DNA from: Lophium mytilinum
Lineage: Eukaryota
Assembly (NCBI GenBank): GCA_010093605.1
Contig: MU004200.1
Coordinates: 186,001 to 250,000 of the forward strand
Direction of reading: 5' to 3'
DNA: 64,000 nt
The notes beneath the pieces are model-generated. The model saw only the letters and a list, made by a program, of their open reading frames with translations. It ran no database searches and was not told the DNA's origin. The first letter of the stretch is position 1. Every line of letters starts with the position of its first letter. Shown one piece after another: positions 36,778 to 49,519 of this stretch. Position numbers and translations under genes: made by a program.

Positions 36778-37518
36778 TTATCCCGCTATCTTCCGTAACC
36801 TCTTCCTCGCCCTTCCGATCTCAATCTCCATGTTTCTCAGCTCTTTCGAAAGCGACGCTAAACGCGGTATAGGTCCATCAACAGTGGATACAAAGCTAGA
36901 CTGCGCGGAGCGGAGGGCTGGGGGGACGAGGATGCCAAACCAGCGGATGGGATCTAGAGAGTTGGCATAGACGTGTTTTTCTTCTATGAATGGGACATCT
37001 AGGGTCTTTTCGGGGGGCTCTGATGTTTCGGCTTGGGGTTCGTTCTTCAAGGGCTGCTCAGGCGTATCTGGCCTTTCGGATTCTTCTTTCGAGGCGTTCT
37101 CTTGCAGTTCAACTTTGGACACTGTGAAGCTTGGAACTTCGCCATTCATTTTTATAGATCTAGGTTGTTGTTAAAGTAGGGCTGGTATAGGTAGTACAGC
37201 AACATACACATGTCTAGACGCCTGCATACGCTCGTCGTAGTAATCCTGGCCGAACCGAGTGCGATTGTGGTAGTTTGCCTGTGCTAGAGAGATATAGCCC
37301 TAACAAATATCACACTAATTCAGTTTGGGTTCCATCATCTCGTGAGGGTGTATAGCTACCGAAGACAACTGCGACGACGCCTGCTCGCGCGCTTTCATGT
37401 ATTGATCTAGAAGCTCCAAATACTGCTCTAGCAGCTCGTCCAGTCGTATAACAAGCTCCTCCCTATCATCCCCAGGCTTCGACGGTATCTCTGGGGGTGG
37501 TGTAAGCAATTCCGCCAT
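36778..37518 (-). CDS. VMA22: V-ATPase assembly factor Vma22/CCDC115
   Basis: LDELLEQYLELLDQY...LSS|GYISLAQANY...RFGQDYYDERMQA...DPIRWFGILVPPALRSAQSSF. Confidence 0.92.
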
Positions 37519-37668
37519 ATCTCATCTGTCGTGTAGTTCTCAAAACAACTTGAAGGTATTGAAGCTCCCTCCACCTCCGCGGCGTCACCGCACTCGGCAA
37601 CTTTTCCCAAACGCCGACCTCGACATCCCACCACCACCATCTACCCCCATGAACCCCATTAAACCACA

Positions 37669-38835
37669 ATGTCCAAGCCGCAGCCCTTCCTACGCGTGCT
37701 GGGTCGATTATCGACCTCCAATGGCCCGAGCATAGCACTCTTCACACGCGCATCCCGCACACCACGCTTCCAATGCCTCCGCCAGCCCCTCCACCGGCGG
37801 TTCAAGAGCACGCAGCCGGGCGATAGTCCCGACTTCGAGTCTCTCCTCGACAAGCCAGTCCGAATAATGAGGAGCGGAAAGCAGCACGGGCCGGGCTTGA
37901 TAATACTAGGTACATATATTCTTTTCTGGTCTCTTACAACTCAATCCAAATTAAATCATATCAATTCAATATATATTCCTCCGGCAACCTCTATCCTCCA
38001 TACATCACCCAACACCCAACCTCATAACAGCACTAACACCCTCCACAGCCCTCATCCCCGTCACCGCCTTCATCCTCGGCACCTGGCAAGTCCAACGCCT
38101 CTCTTGGAAAACCACCCTCCTCGCCTCCTTCGAAGACCGCCTCGTACGGCCCCCGCTCCCGCTTCCCCCCAACATCGACCCCGCCGCTATCCCCTCCTTC
38201 GACTACCGCCGCGTCTATGCCACGGGCATCCTACGGCACGACCTAGAAATGCTGGTCGGGCCGCGGCTACACGATGGCGAGGACGGCTACCTCGTCGTCA
38301 CGCCTCTAGAACGCACCGACGACTCGGGGGAAAAGGGGCGGATATTAGTGTGCAGAGGCTGGATACGGAAGGACAAGGCGGAGCAGAAAACGCGGGGGGA
38401 GGGCTTGCCGACAGGGGAGGTGACGGTGCAAGGGCTGCTGCGGGAGCCGTGGAAGAAGAACCTGTTCACGCCGGTGAACACCCCGGCGCGGGGCTTGTGG
38501 CATTTCCCGGATGTCGATGAAATGGCGCAGTGGACGGGTAGCCAGGCGGTGTGGATTGAGGAGACGATGCGGCCGGATCTGCTGCTGGCGTATGATCGCG
38601 AGGCCAAAGGGGTGCCGATTGGCAGGCCGGCGGAGGTGAATGTTAGGAATAACCATACGCAGTACATATTCACGTGGTATGTATTGGGATGAATGGTCAA
38701 TGATTGGTCTTGGGTATATTTGCTAACGGGACTAGGTATGCGTTATCGGCGTTCACGACAGTGATGCTCTGGATGGTCGTTAAGAAGCCGCCTTCGAACA
38801 CAGCGGCGAGGGTGAGGCATAGTACACAGTGGTAA
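37669..38835 (+). CDS. SHY1: SURF1 family cytochrome c oxidase assembly protein
   Basis: IPVTAFILGTWQVQRL.WK, FDYRRV, GY.VVTPL, ILVCRGWI, NNHTQYIFTW|YALS; two introns. Confidence 0.95.
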
Positions 38836-38863
38836 CGACGGCCATGTCTATCTTTATCATCAA

Positions 38864-40737
38864 TCATTCCTCCTGGATCGTTTCCATCCGCGTCCGTCTC
38901 GGCCGCTTTACTTTGCCTGGCGGCGCCATCCGGATTTCTTGAAGAAGTTCCCTGGGTAGCAGCTTCTGGGCCAGCGAGAAAGACGACGTGTTGACATTGA
39001 TCTGCCGTTGTCTGTTGCGAAGTTCATTAGCGATGCGGTCTGTTGGCTGTATATATATGTACAAAAGTGTAACATACCTCTTCATAAGCATAATGACATC
39101 AGAGTCATCAATCGTCTTCCGCTGCGCATGCTGCGCGTAATCCGCCAGGTCCTCACCCGCTTGCTCGAAGAACCAGTCTGTAGCCTGCATGATTGCAGTG
39201 AGCGTCTCTTTGCTGATCTTCGAGTTGATGCCCTGGGACTTCGCGAAGCCGTTTGCAAGCTTTTTGACGACGCCGGAGGGGAACTCTGGATACTCGGTGC
39301 CGTTTTTGGAGACGCGGAGTTCTCTTCGTCGTCGGCCTGCTTTTTTGGCGGTGGTAGGATCGGGGCCGGGCAGGATGCTTCGATCTATAGCTGCCTCTTC
39401 CTCTCGGTAGGCTTGCAGGTCCGCTGCCACCACCTCTTCGTTTGGGTCCTCGAAATCCGGTTCTTCATCTAAGACTATGTCGTCTTCGGCTTCCACAGCG
39501 TCATCATCATCGTCCGGGACTGGTGGGACCATATCGTCTTCATCCTCCTCATACTCCCCGTCCTCAGTCTGACCAGCATCGTCATCTGGGGCCTCATCAC
39601 CTAGGGCCTCATCATCCGCAACCACCGGCGAGGCCTCACGAAGAACACGTTGCGGGACGATAAACCTAAACGTAGGATCATCCGGCTCCTCGTCATCATC
39701 CTCTAACCCCTCAAGCTCACTCAGTCGACTTTGCCTACGGTCCATCAGAGCGCGAAGCTCGACTGTATTGTCATCGAACTCATCTCCAACGTCGTCGTCC
39801 CCAAGTAGCAGCTCATCCTCGTCCATCCTCGGCCTTCGATTGATAAATGCGCCATCAATCTCGAACTCGCTAGGCTCAGGCCCTAGGTCATTCAACTCAC
39901 CGAACCCGCTCAAACGCGTTGAGAATCGTCGTCTTGGGTCCTCGCTCAATGCCCGCCGCCCAAACTCGAGGGATTGCATAGTCGCGTTGTCCACGTCGTC
40001 TGGTAAATCCGGGAGCATGGACTGCCGCGGTGGAGCCTCGTGGAAAGAGTCGTCGTCGTACAGATCACCCAGAGGCATGCTGAGGCGCGGTCGCTCCATA
40101 TCCGGACCGGCATCGAAATCGTCTAGGGCGGGATTCCGGTTACGAGGCGGTTGGGTGTCGCCATCGGGGGACAGGACCGTGGGCTTAGTAGATTTCGCGA
40201 GGACTGTAATAGTGCAATGATCAGTTGACTGTTTCCTCGAAAATGTCTGTGCTATACCCACTTCTGCTCAATGCTCGCAGCGTATCCCGCGGCGTCTCCC
40301 TCTGCCCCCGCCCGCTCTTCCGTCTGTTCTGCCCCGGGGTCCGCGCAGCCTCCAACCGTTCTCGCAGGGCGCGGATCGCATGAGGTGTTGTAGGGGCGCC
40401 GCGACGCGCGGTAATGGGTCGGGTTGCTGGGCCGCCCCGCGGTGTGCGAGCAGCGCTTCCCGGGGTTCGGATCGCGATGTTTGGGGTTCTGTTGCGTTCG
40501 CGGCCTCCAGAGAGAGGACCGGCGCTGGATGGCCGTCGGACGGGAGTTGAGGTTGGGCGAATGATGCGACCGAGCTGGTGTAGCTATCGAAAAATCAGAC
40601 ATTGCTATGAATTCCTGATGGGGAGAGAAGCTTACAGTAGCAAATGCAGTCTCCTCGGTCTCCTCATCCGGAACTACTTCATTGGCGGTGGAATTCCGAG
40701 GGGTGATTCGCGCCCTTTTTCGCTCGGGTTCAGACAT
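38864..40737 (-). CDS. Inner kinetochore protein CENP-T (Cnp20-like), C-terminal histone fold
   Basis: N-terminal PTTPHAIRALR and QRETPRDTLR.LSR (spliced), acidic middle, C-terminal ISKETL...WFFEQ...DL..YA.HA.RKTID.SDV..LM.RQR...LPRELLQE. Confidence 0.88.
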
Positions 40738-40917
40738 GCTGGTGGGTTAGTATAGATGGTGGGGCTGACAATCGTAGTAGAGTACGCGATGTTGACATGG
40801 TGTTGAGTTCCACGCGTTGGCGTCGGAAGAAGGTTATCGATAAGGGCAAAGGCTTGGCATAAATCCTAATTCACGAGTCCACCAAATTTCTGCATCTTTT
40901 TGACCAACTCGTACAAC

Positions 40918-41957
40918 ATGTCAGGTTCCGACTCAGAAGGCGGTGTTCCGCTCGTAGAACCCGATATAAATGCAGCCGCAACAGTACCAGTCTCTAAGAA
41001 ACGGAAACGGGAAGCAGAAGCCGAGGCAGAGGCAAAGAAGAAAAAGAAGGCCAAGCAGCGAAAGAAGAAGAAGCCGAATAATATCTTGGATGAGGATTTG
41101 AATGAGAAGCTGGGTGTCAATGTTGCGTTTGCGCGGATGGATGCGCAGTTGCTGGCCGATTACATCAATCAGCGGACTGCCCATTACTGGAAGGATATGA
41201 GTTCGGTGGAGCTTGAGGATAGGTTTATTCCAGGCGAGTGAGGCAGACGTCAGAGCACCATAGTATCAGAGAGCTGACCTTGTCAAGCGCGCGCTATTCA
41301 GAATACCAACGAGTGGGAGTGGCCGCGGAATCTAGAGCATCTGGCGAAGTTCTTGAAGAAGAGTTGCGGAAAGCTCAAGCCCGTTTCGACCAGTTCGAAG
41401 GGTAGCCCGCATACATTGATCATTGCCGGGTCAGGTATCAGAGCGGCGAATCTAGCAAGGTACATGCTATCTTATCTCAAACGGTCATCTTTCCATTGCT
41501 GATCCCATTACTAGAGCCCTAAAAGACGGCCTTCCCAATGAGGGAGTCAAGGCCCCTAAAGTTGGAAAGCTGTTTGCAAAGCACATCAAGCTAAAGGATG
41601 CCATTGAATTCTGTTCTCGAGAAGGGTACATCTTCATCTCTATATATAAGAGACGGCCTCACTGACTTGCATAGAATGGACTTCGGCGTCGGCACTCCAC
41701 AGCGAATTTCAGAGCTCCTAGAGAGCGGTATGCACCACCTCAATTCTTTCAAGACCAAGAGTCTAATCCACGCAGGCGCCCTAAAGTGCTCAAATCTCAA
41801 GCACGTTGTAATCGATGCTTCATACATCGATGAGAAGAAGCGCGGTATCCTCGACATGAAAGATCTACATAAAGCAGTGCTCGATCTGCTTCTGAGGGGA
41901 GAGTTCAAAAGCTCTGAGGGCTCTTGGGACGACCAATTCCGATTGATTCTTTACTAG
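40918..41957 (+). CDS. CMS1: 90S pre-ribosome factor Cms1/CMSS1
   Basis: Lys-rich N-terminus, SSVELED, GSPHTLII..SGIRA.NL.R, KLFAKHIKL, GVGTPQR, VIDASYIDEKKRGI.DM; multi-exon. Confidence 0.9.
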
Positions 41958-42616
41958 GCATCGTCTTTCCTTCTATTGCACCTGAACGTTGGTTTCTCAT
42001 GCGATGGAGTCAGGGGACCGGAGTAAGGATCGGTATTGACCTTTACATTAAAAGCATCTGTAGCTGTATGCTCGTTGAGTTTCACGCGGACAGGACGGAG
42101 GACTCCGATCCTTGAGGCGGTCTGTAATATGAAATGGACTAGGACTTGTGGACGCCATGACGCAGTCACAAAGTTCAATTCTACTCCAATACTAAGCATG
42201 AATGAAAAGGTCCCACGTCTGAAATACTTAAATCTCTGCAAAGCATCCATTTCTAGTCACTTATCTCAAACCGAATCAGGAAGAAGACTCGAGTCTATTA
42301 AAAGCAAGGAGGTGCGTGCGCGAATGACTAAACGACGTCGGCATTGATAACGGGTCACAAGCTCGTCTGCAACTTCAAACGTCCCACAGATTCGGGCATC
42401 TACGTAGCGACGAGCCGGTGGCATAAGCACGGCCGATTTCGCCCGACTTGAAGGTCTAATTCTTGTATAAGAAGATAAGTTTCGTATCCTTAGGCTCTTA
42501 TTATTTATTCAGTCTTCTAAGCTAGCTCACTACCCAATCTACTCAACTTCTTCTGCCTTGCCAATTCCTTCTCTATCTATCCTTCACACATTCTCCTTCT
42601 CTTTTACCCAAACTTC

Positions 42617-43469
42617 ATGTCTCAACCCAAACCGACCCTCGTCTTCGTCCCCGGCTCCTGGCACGGCCCGTCCGTCTACTCCAAAGTCCTGGCCCTCCTC
42701 GCCCCCCACGCCTTTAAAACCGTTGTCATCGACCTCCCCACCACCCAATCCGACCGCTCCAAGAACCTCACCGACGACATCGTCGCCGCTAGAACCGCAA
42801 TTGAAGCCGAAACCACCGCCGGCCGCGACGTCGTCGTCATAGTATGGTCCTACGGCAGCGTCGTCGGCAGCAGCGCCATCCAAAACCTCACGAGGCCGAA
42901 AGGCGAGGCTGGAAAGGGGAAGACAGGCGGCCACGTAATTGGAATGGTGTACATTGCCACCGGCTTCAACCAGACCGGCTCGAGCTTTTTGGGCGCGTTT
43001 GGGGGCAAGCCGCCCCCGATTTGGAACTTCAACGAGGAGACGGGGTTTGTGGATTTGACTGGTACGTACCCTTGGTCCTCAAAGTCTTGCTTCAACTGGG
43101 ACGCCGAGAAGAGTGCTAACGGTATGGTGGCTACCAGCGGTACCCCCTAGAGAGCTTTTCTACCACGATATCCCGGACGAAGAAGCGAAGGCCTTGATCG
43201 CGGAGCTTCGACCGCAGACGATTGTCTCGCTGACTGAGGCGAGCCCATTGGCGTACTCGGGGTGGATGGACGTGCCGATCTACTATCTCGGGACTATTGA
43301 AGATAAGGGGCTGCCGGTCGAGGCACAGCGGGTGTTTGTGCAGATGGCGAGGGATGCGGGCGCGGAGGTGACGGCCGAGGAGGCGCAGAGCAGCCATACG
43401 GTGATGATGAGTCAACCAGAGACGACGGCGGAGTTTATTGTGAAGGCTGTGAAGGCGTTTGAAGGGTAG
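42617..43469 (+). CDS. Alpha/beta-hydrolase family 6 (methylesterase-like)
   Basis: LVFVPGSWH, nucleophile elbow VWSYGS, Y..T.EDK, SSH; one intron ~43062-43138. Confidence 0.9.
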
Positions 43470-44835
43470 GGAGTCGCCTTGAAGTAGTAAATTCAGGAGA
43501 AGAGGGAGGAGCTTTGTATTATGATTTGTATCATTAAGGACTAGGACTCCGCTCCAGTACAAGACTTAGATGGTCGATTTTGGCGCATGAGGTTTCGTGT
43601 CACTTGCGGTGCTGTCCAGTCATTTGCTCCCACGTGATGCCGTCCCTAGAGACAGTATAAAACTTTCGAAGCGTAGGACTGAGTTCATACCTTATGATCT
43701 CGCAAGGAGAGGGTGGAGGATCAAAATACGCTTCAATCTATGGGTGTGGATCAAACACCGCATCACTACCAAGCATGGAGTGGGATCAACATATACATCA
43801 CCGATCCACCATGGCAGTGGGAGTCGAAAAAGAATTTCCCCGCAAGTTATGTTCTTTGGTACAAATGAAGCTACTGTATCTCACCATGAGAGAGGATCGT
43901 GTGTTGGCCGGCGGTATACTGATTCTCCCTCGCTCAGCATCAATCACCTCTGCTGCTGGTTTTCTCAAAATCCTCGAATTGATAGACGCCATCATGTACA
44001 CGTAAAGAAGGTCAAGTTTTACAACTATACTAGTAACGTTAGTCATGAATACCCCTTTCTGTAGAAGTACTAAAAGGTACTCGACATCTTTCACCTGCCG
44101 ACGATAGTCTCCTTGCGTAGACAACGATAGTCAGCACCATCATACTCCCTGAACTTCCCGCACACCCACTGTCCACCCACCTCCATAGGGAGTATGGTTT
44201 TGTCCGTTTTTGAACACCTCCCAGCTTCCATCAAAAATGCCCGTCGTGTCTGTTGATGCCAAATCCAACCGCAACCATGGCACGGATGGTCTTCACTTTT
44301 TCTCTCCAAAGAGAGAGAAACCCCCCCACACTGAAGAGCGAAACCCTCTCTCTAACACTGGCCTTTTATAAAAGATTCCCAAGCGCCAAGAAGGAGGTCA
44401 GGTGCACGTCATGTGCTTCTCCTCTGGAGCATGTGCAGTCTTAGCTATAGATCTGAATTATCGTAAAAGTACTATAGCTGTAGCAGAATCAACTCGTGAA
44501 TTGTTCCAGGCCACGCCTTGAACGTTCCTTAATATCTAGAATCGTAATGAGTTACTGAAGTCCAATGAACTAAACAAACAAAGTTATGTTCGCATTAAGC
44601 CTATCTAGCTACCACTAGCAACTCTCTCACTGCTAGACCACGCTTTTTTGGAACCATGCCGAGTAATCTCAAAGCCCGACCCTCAGAGTCTCCTTCGGGT
44701 ACCCCCACCCCGCAAAGAAGAAAGTCTATTCAATATAAATCGGATCCCGCTTTTGTCGACCAAGCACCTCATTATCGGATAGCCATCCATCGTCGCAAAC
44801 CCCTCACCACCACTCGCCAGTCCCACCTTCCCCAA

Positions 44836-47790
44836 TCAAAGAACGTCCAAACCGGCATCCTTAAGCGCCTGCTCGGAAATCTGCTGGCCAGCAACCTCCG
44901 TCGTAGGCCCCTTAACTTTCGTCTGCCAAGCAGTAGTACTAGCACCACCGACAAGGGCACTACCGCTAGGAGCAGCACCGCCTACACTTCCCGGAGCACC
45001 CCCAAGCTCCTGCTCCGCCATCTCGTTCAACTGTTCCTGGGTGTACGCTGTCCCTCTTCCAGAGTCTTCCGCACGGGGGGCAACTTTCACGATCTCATAA
45101 TCCGGATTGCGGTAATTCTCAGGGTCTCGGGCAACCTCCTCGAAAAAGTCGAGGACGGATTTGAACATGCGCGGGAAGATGCACTCAGGGTGGTCGGCAG
45201 GGGTGTCGTCGACGCCAGGGCCACCGGAGAAGGTCAGGCAGATGGGATTGGAATAGGAGGAGGAGGCGTCGTTGGGGTCGTTCGTAGGGGTAGGATCGCC
45301 TTCGGAAGCGGGCAAATGAAGTACATCTTTGTCAGTGGTTGCAGCAGCGCCTCCTTCAGTGGACTCGACGTGGGCGAGCTCTTCGTTGGACGTAGCGGGA
45401 TTTCCTTTGGGAGACGCGGTGGCTGGTTCTTTGCCTTTGCTGGACGAGGACGTTGGCGCCTTGGGACGTTCGACGAGCTCCTCTCTGTGCTCGCCGGAAG
45501 AGATCGTAGGCGGAGAGTCTGAGGCAGGGTTTTCGATAGACGCAGCCTGGCTTGCTTCGGTGGACGCGGTGGACGTGGTGGCTGGCTCCTTGCCTTTGCT
45601 GGACGAGGACGTAAACGCCTTGGGACGTTCGACGAGCTTCTCTTTGCTCTCGTCGGAGGGAAGCGTGGGCTTGGTGTCTGAGGCGGGTTTGACGTTCTCG
45701 TCGCCCGCGGGAAGACCTTCTGTTGCTAGGGTGATCAGTATGATAGCAATGTAAAAGGCCGCCATCTTCCTCTTGACTTACTAATAGAAGAAGATGTAGA
45801 CTCTCCGAGCGACTTAAAGGTAGGTTTTACCGTCTTGGTAGAGGAAGGCGATGGTGAAGGAGAATCAAGGACGCCAAGAGTATGAGGATCGATTGCTGCA
45901 CGGTTGATCAATATTCTGGGAGCATGATTAGGTGGAGAGGTCTGTCTTGACTTACCAGTGGAATGGCTGGCTAATGAGGTCGGTGGCTTGGTCGCCGTTG
46001 GTTGGTCTTTCACGTCGTCCGAAGATTCAGTGCGTTTCTTTAGAGACAGTGCGCCAACCACGACGTCCTTCGTGTGTTCTGCTTTTATATGCATAGAGGA
46101 GAGGGCTTTTCGTAGTTTTCCTGGTTCCTTCTCCTCCGGTTCCACCATTACTTCGAGCCAGTTGATTTTTCTCTTCGCCTGTGTATTAACTGCATGGGGA
46201 TCAGGGCCCCCGGTGAACTTGGACACCAAAGCTTTGATTGGGCCACTGTCCTTCCTTGGCTTTGACTCTGGCTTTGCCGTATCGATAGGTTCACCTTCCT
46301 CAGTCTGTGCCCAAGCGCCATCGAACTTGGTCGGTTTCGACACCGGTATGTTAGCCGGCTCGTCGTTCTCCGGCTTGACCCAAGCTCGAGTGCGATGACG
46401 AAGGAAATTTGCGAGTGGTGCATGCTCAATCTCATCAGCGGTAGTGCCAGGCTGGATAAAGGCCATTGCCTTGATTTGAGATGGGAATAGCGGTCTAGAG
46501 AAGGCCCCTTTCTCGGGAGACGAGAATGGGAACAGTGTGTCGCCGACGTCTTCTAGACAAGGTCAGTAAGTTTATACGTGTTAGTATGAAGGTGCCGCTG
46601 TAGCACGTGGTTCAATGTGTCTGCAGGGTGGGAAAGAAGAGGGAGTTGGACGGAGGACGCCGCTGCATGTCTTGCTTCAGTGTGCTATATAGCGAAATTG
46701 ATGTTGAGTACGGTTTCACGACAAGGAACTTACCTTTACGATTCATAAGCATCAAAAGATCTTTTGCCCCCGACTCAATTCCAACGACGTATACCTCGGC
46801 TTTCGGATGGACGTATTCTCCGCTGTTGATGATGTGTTTGAAGACCCACTCGATATGGGCTTTTGGGGTCTCGTTGCCTCCCACCCTGTTGGCGTCCGCA
46901 ATAGATCTACTCCCTGAGATACGTGACTTTCGCGGTAAAGCTTCCCACGAAGTCATAGTCATCGCCTCGTTCCGCTCGTAGGAGAAATATAGCTGTCCAG
47001 TATTCAAGACAATGACGCCAGGTGGGCCTCCTCCATACATGTCGGCTAGTTGTTGCGAAAGCTCGGCAGCTTTATACGTCGCTTGTGACAACACATCGGC
47101 CGAAGGTTGAGAGGAGGTAGCAGGGCGTTTCTTCAAGACGTCAACTTCGTGCGACGCCTTAGTCAAAGCGACCTTCAGCTTGTCTAGAACCGGAATATCG
47201 GCACCAAGACCGGGACGAGAGTCAATGTCATCGGCCGAATGGTCCTGGTAAGTGTCCCCAAAAGAACGATGCCTCATTTCCTTGACAAAATTGGCCACCG
47301 AGCCTCCATCTATGCCTGCCGAGCGGTGTAACAGCCGGTATGCCAGTATACCCAGGTCTTGTTTGCTGTCATTGACAACAACGATAACCCGCTTTCGGGT
47401 CTTGAGAATATCAAATCGAGTGGCCAGAATGGCAAGATGTGGGATCGATTCGGTCCGATCGGGAGGGACTTCGCTGAACGTGGGGAGGTAGAAGCGCATG
47501 ATGCCAAGGGCTTCAAGGCGGAAGTAGACTTCGGCCCGCGTGCATTCTTCATTTCGTGCTTGTCAGCTTGTGGTTTACAAATAGCCAATTATTGCAAAGA
47601 GCTTACGGTGCATAGCTTCGCGGTGTACCTCGTTATGACGAGCGTCATTGGTGAGGTGGAAGTTGAAATTCAGGTTGGGATCTTTTATAGACTTGATGAA
47701 GCCATCCTCAGTGACGAAGTATCCCAGGGCCTCCAGGTTCTCGGGATACACAGGGTCTGCTCCGGCGCCTCCATGCTGGAGATGAAACAT
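44836..47790 (-). CDS. Arb2-domain protein (Argonaute siRNA chaperone Arb2-like) with long low-complexity insertions
   Basis: DPVYPENLEALGYFV..., NEVHREAMH, VIVVVND..QDLGILAYR, PG.IVLNTGQL, GNET...H. Intron ~46553-46732 joins to ...IKAMAFIQP...FLRHRTRAW; intron ~45726-45781; C-terminal TFSGG...ECIFP. Unites four ORFs. Confidence 0.8.
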
Positions 47791-48563
47791 TGTCAAGGAC
47801 GTCGACTTTCAGATCGGGAGGAAAGAGGAGAACGATAGCACTGTAGACGGCAGCAAGAAGCTACACACGAATTCGGCTGTATGTTGTGATAGAGCGGAGT
47901 AGTTGTTGGTTGTAATGTGTTGTGGAGGGGGACGAGAAGAGGAGCAAGAGCCGCGGTCAGATCGAAGTTGGCGGTGAGGGCGCGACTTCTTCACCTGAGC
48001 TGACACTGCTTGCAGTGGGCCAGTGAGGGAAGCAGTCAGGCAAGAGAATGCAGTTGCTCCTCGTCCGATTTCCTAGAACTTTCTCGAATCGCGACAAACT
48101 GTTCGCCGACTAGTAATGTCCCAGCGAGAGTCTTATCAGTTTAGAGGACACTAGAAACCCCAGGTCTTGTGCAACTAAAGAGCAAACCAGAATACACAGA
48201 ATAAGGTTTACAGGCCTGATAATTCACCAGGAGTGTTTTGTAATGTTGGTGACCTAGCGAAGTGAGTGCGGTCTAGGAGTTTAGAGACGGAAGGCGGCAG
48301 GAAAAGTGATAGGTCGCACAAGAATCTCGCTGCAAAGTTGGTGGAAGTTTAAGTATGAGCGGCAGACGTGAAAAATCGCAACCAGCAAAGCAGGGAGTCA
48401 CGACAATTGTAAAGGCCCAGTGTTCTTACAGTTTATATTTACAGCTCGAGCAACGTACGCCTTGCTATGCCGTGCTTCCCTCCGTAATGTACTGTACATC
48501 TCCAAAAATCCAAATGGATTCATAGCACTTAAGCCATAACCTTTCGTGATCACACCTCGCCGT

Positions 48564-49082
48564 CTACCAACTCGCCTTCCTCACACCAGGTATGTTTCCG
48601 GAGAGTGCGTTGAGACGGAATTGAAACTGAACGTTCATCTGTTAGCTTTGCTCGAAGTAAGGACGCCGGTTCCCAATGTATGGCAACAGAGCCAGAAGCG
48701 TACCCGTCCCATCCTGAAATCGCTCATGATACCCCTTCCCTTTCCTCCCATTATACACCGATTCTTCACCTGGGTGAACCTCGTGTAGCAGTGCATCTGT
48801 GATAGCTGGAGCTGGGCTTGCGCGCAGACTCGTTGAGGGAGAGTTGTGTTATGGATGATGTATCGGAGGGCTTGTCTTTATGAAGAGAGCAATTAGCAAG
48901 ATATAAAACGGCGAATTGAAGGCTCTGCCTCTTGTAGGAGACCAAGACGTGCGACATCGTAAGATGGGGGCTTACCGTTCGGGCTCGAATTGCGCAAACA
49001 CCTTGCGCTTGTTGTGATCTCGGAGATTTCGTACATTGACGAAGCAGCCAATATCAAGCCTCTTCGCGCGAAATTGAGACAT
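48564..49082 (-). CDS. MRP2: Mitochondrial small-subunit ribosomal protein uS14m
   Basis: MSQFRAKRLDIG...RDHNKRK...EPER|QALRYII.NTTLP...VKNRCIMGG.GRG...FRMGR|.QFR.NAL.G.IPGVRKASW*. Confidence 0.95.
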
Positions 49083-49519
49083 GATGTGGATTTGCGGAGG
49101 GGTCGAGTGGATGAGATGCGAAAGTGGTGAGCTCTTTCGAGGTTGAGGGCTCGCGGAACTTGCCGGGCCGACTTTGTTCAAAACCCGTGATTCCAACTCT
49201 GAACATTTCCATCCCAAACATCGCGAATCAAACCATCGAAATTCCCTATATTTACAAGGCTTACAGCTCGCCGGGAGGCTGTTCAAATAGTTTGCCCTAG
49301 GCTGAAACAATAATAATTCACCTCTCGGCCGGGGAAACCAACATTACTGTCTACGGGTCACAAGCCCAGATCATGACTTACCTGCAATAAATCATTCTAC
49401 ATCATTCCTAGCCCTCAGACTGGAAACAGCCCCCCGAACTTGCAGACCAGACCTGAGAGTCTCTCAAAGTCTGCCATTCCAACTCCTCATATCACACATC
49501 GTCTCAAAAGACCAATAAG

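Noticed and set aside
43597..44444. Overlapping 60-155 aa ORFs on both strands
   Set aside because: Non-ATG starts, no family motifs and no coherent splice model.
49375..49386. ACTTACCTG resembling the U1 snRNA 5' end
   Set aside because: No U1 stem-loops or Sm site follow.
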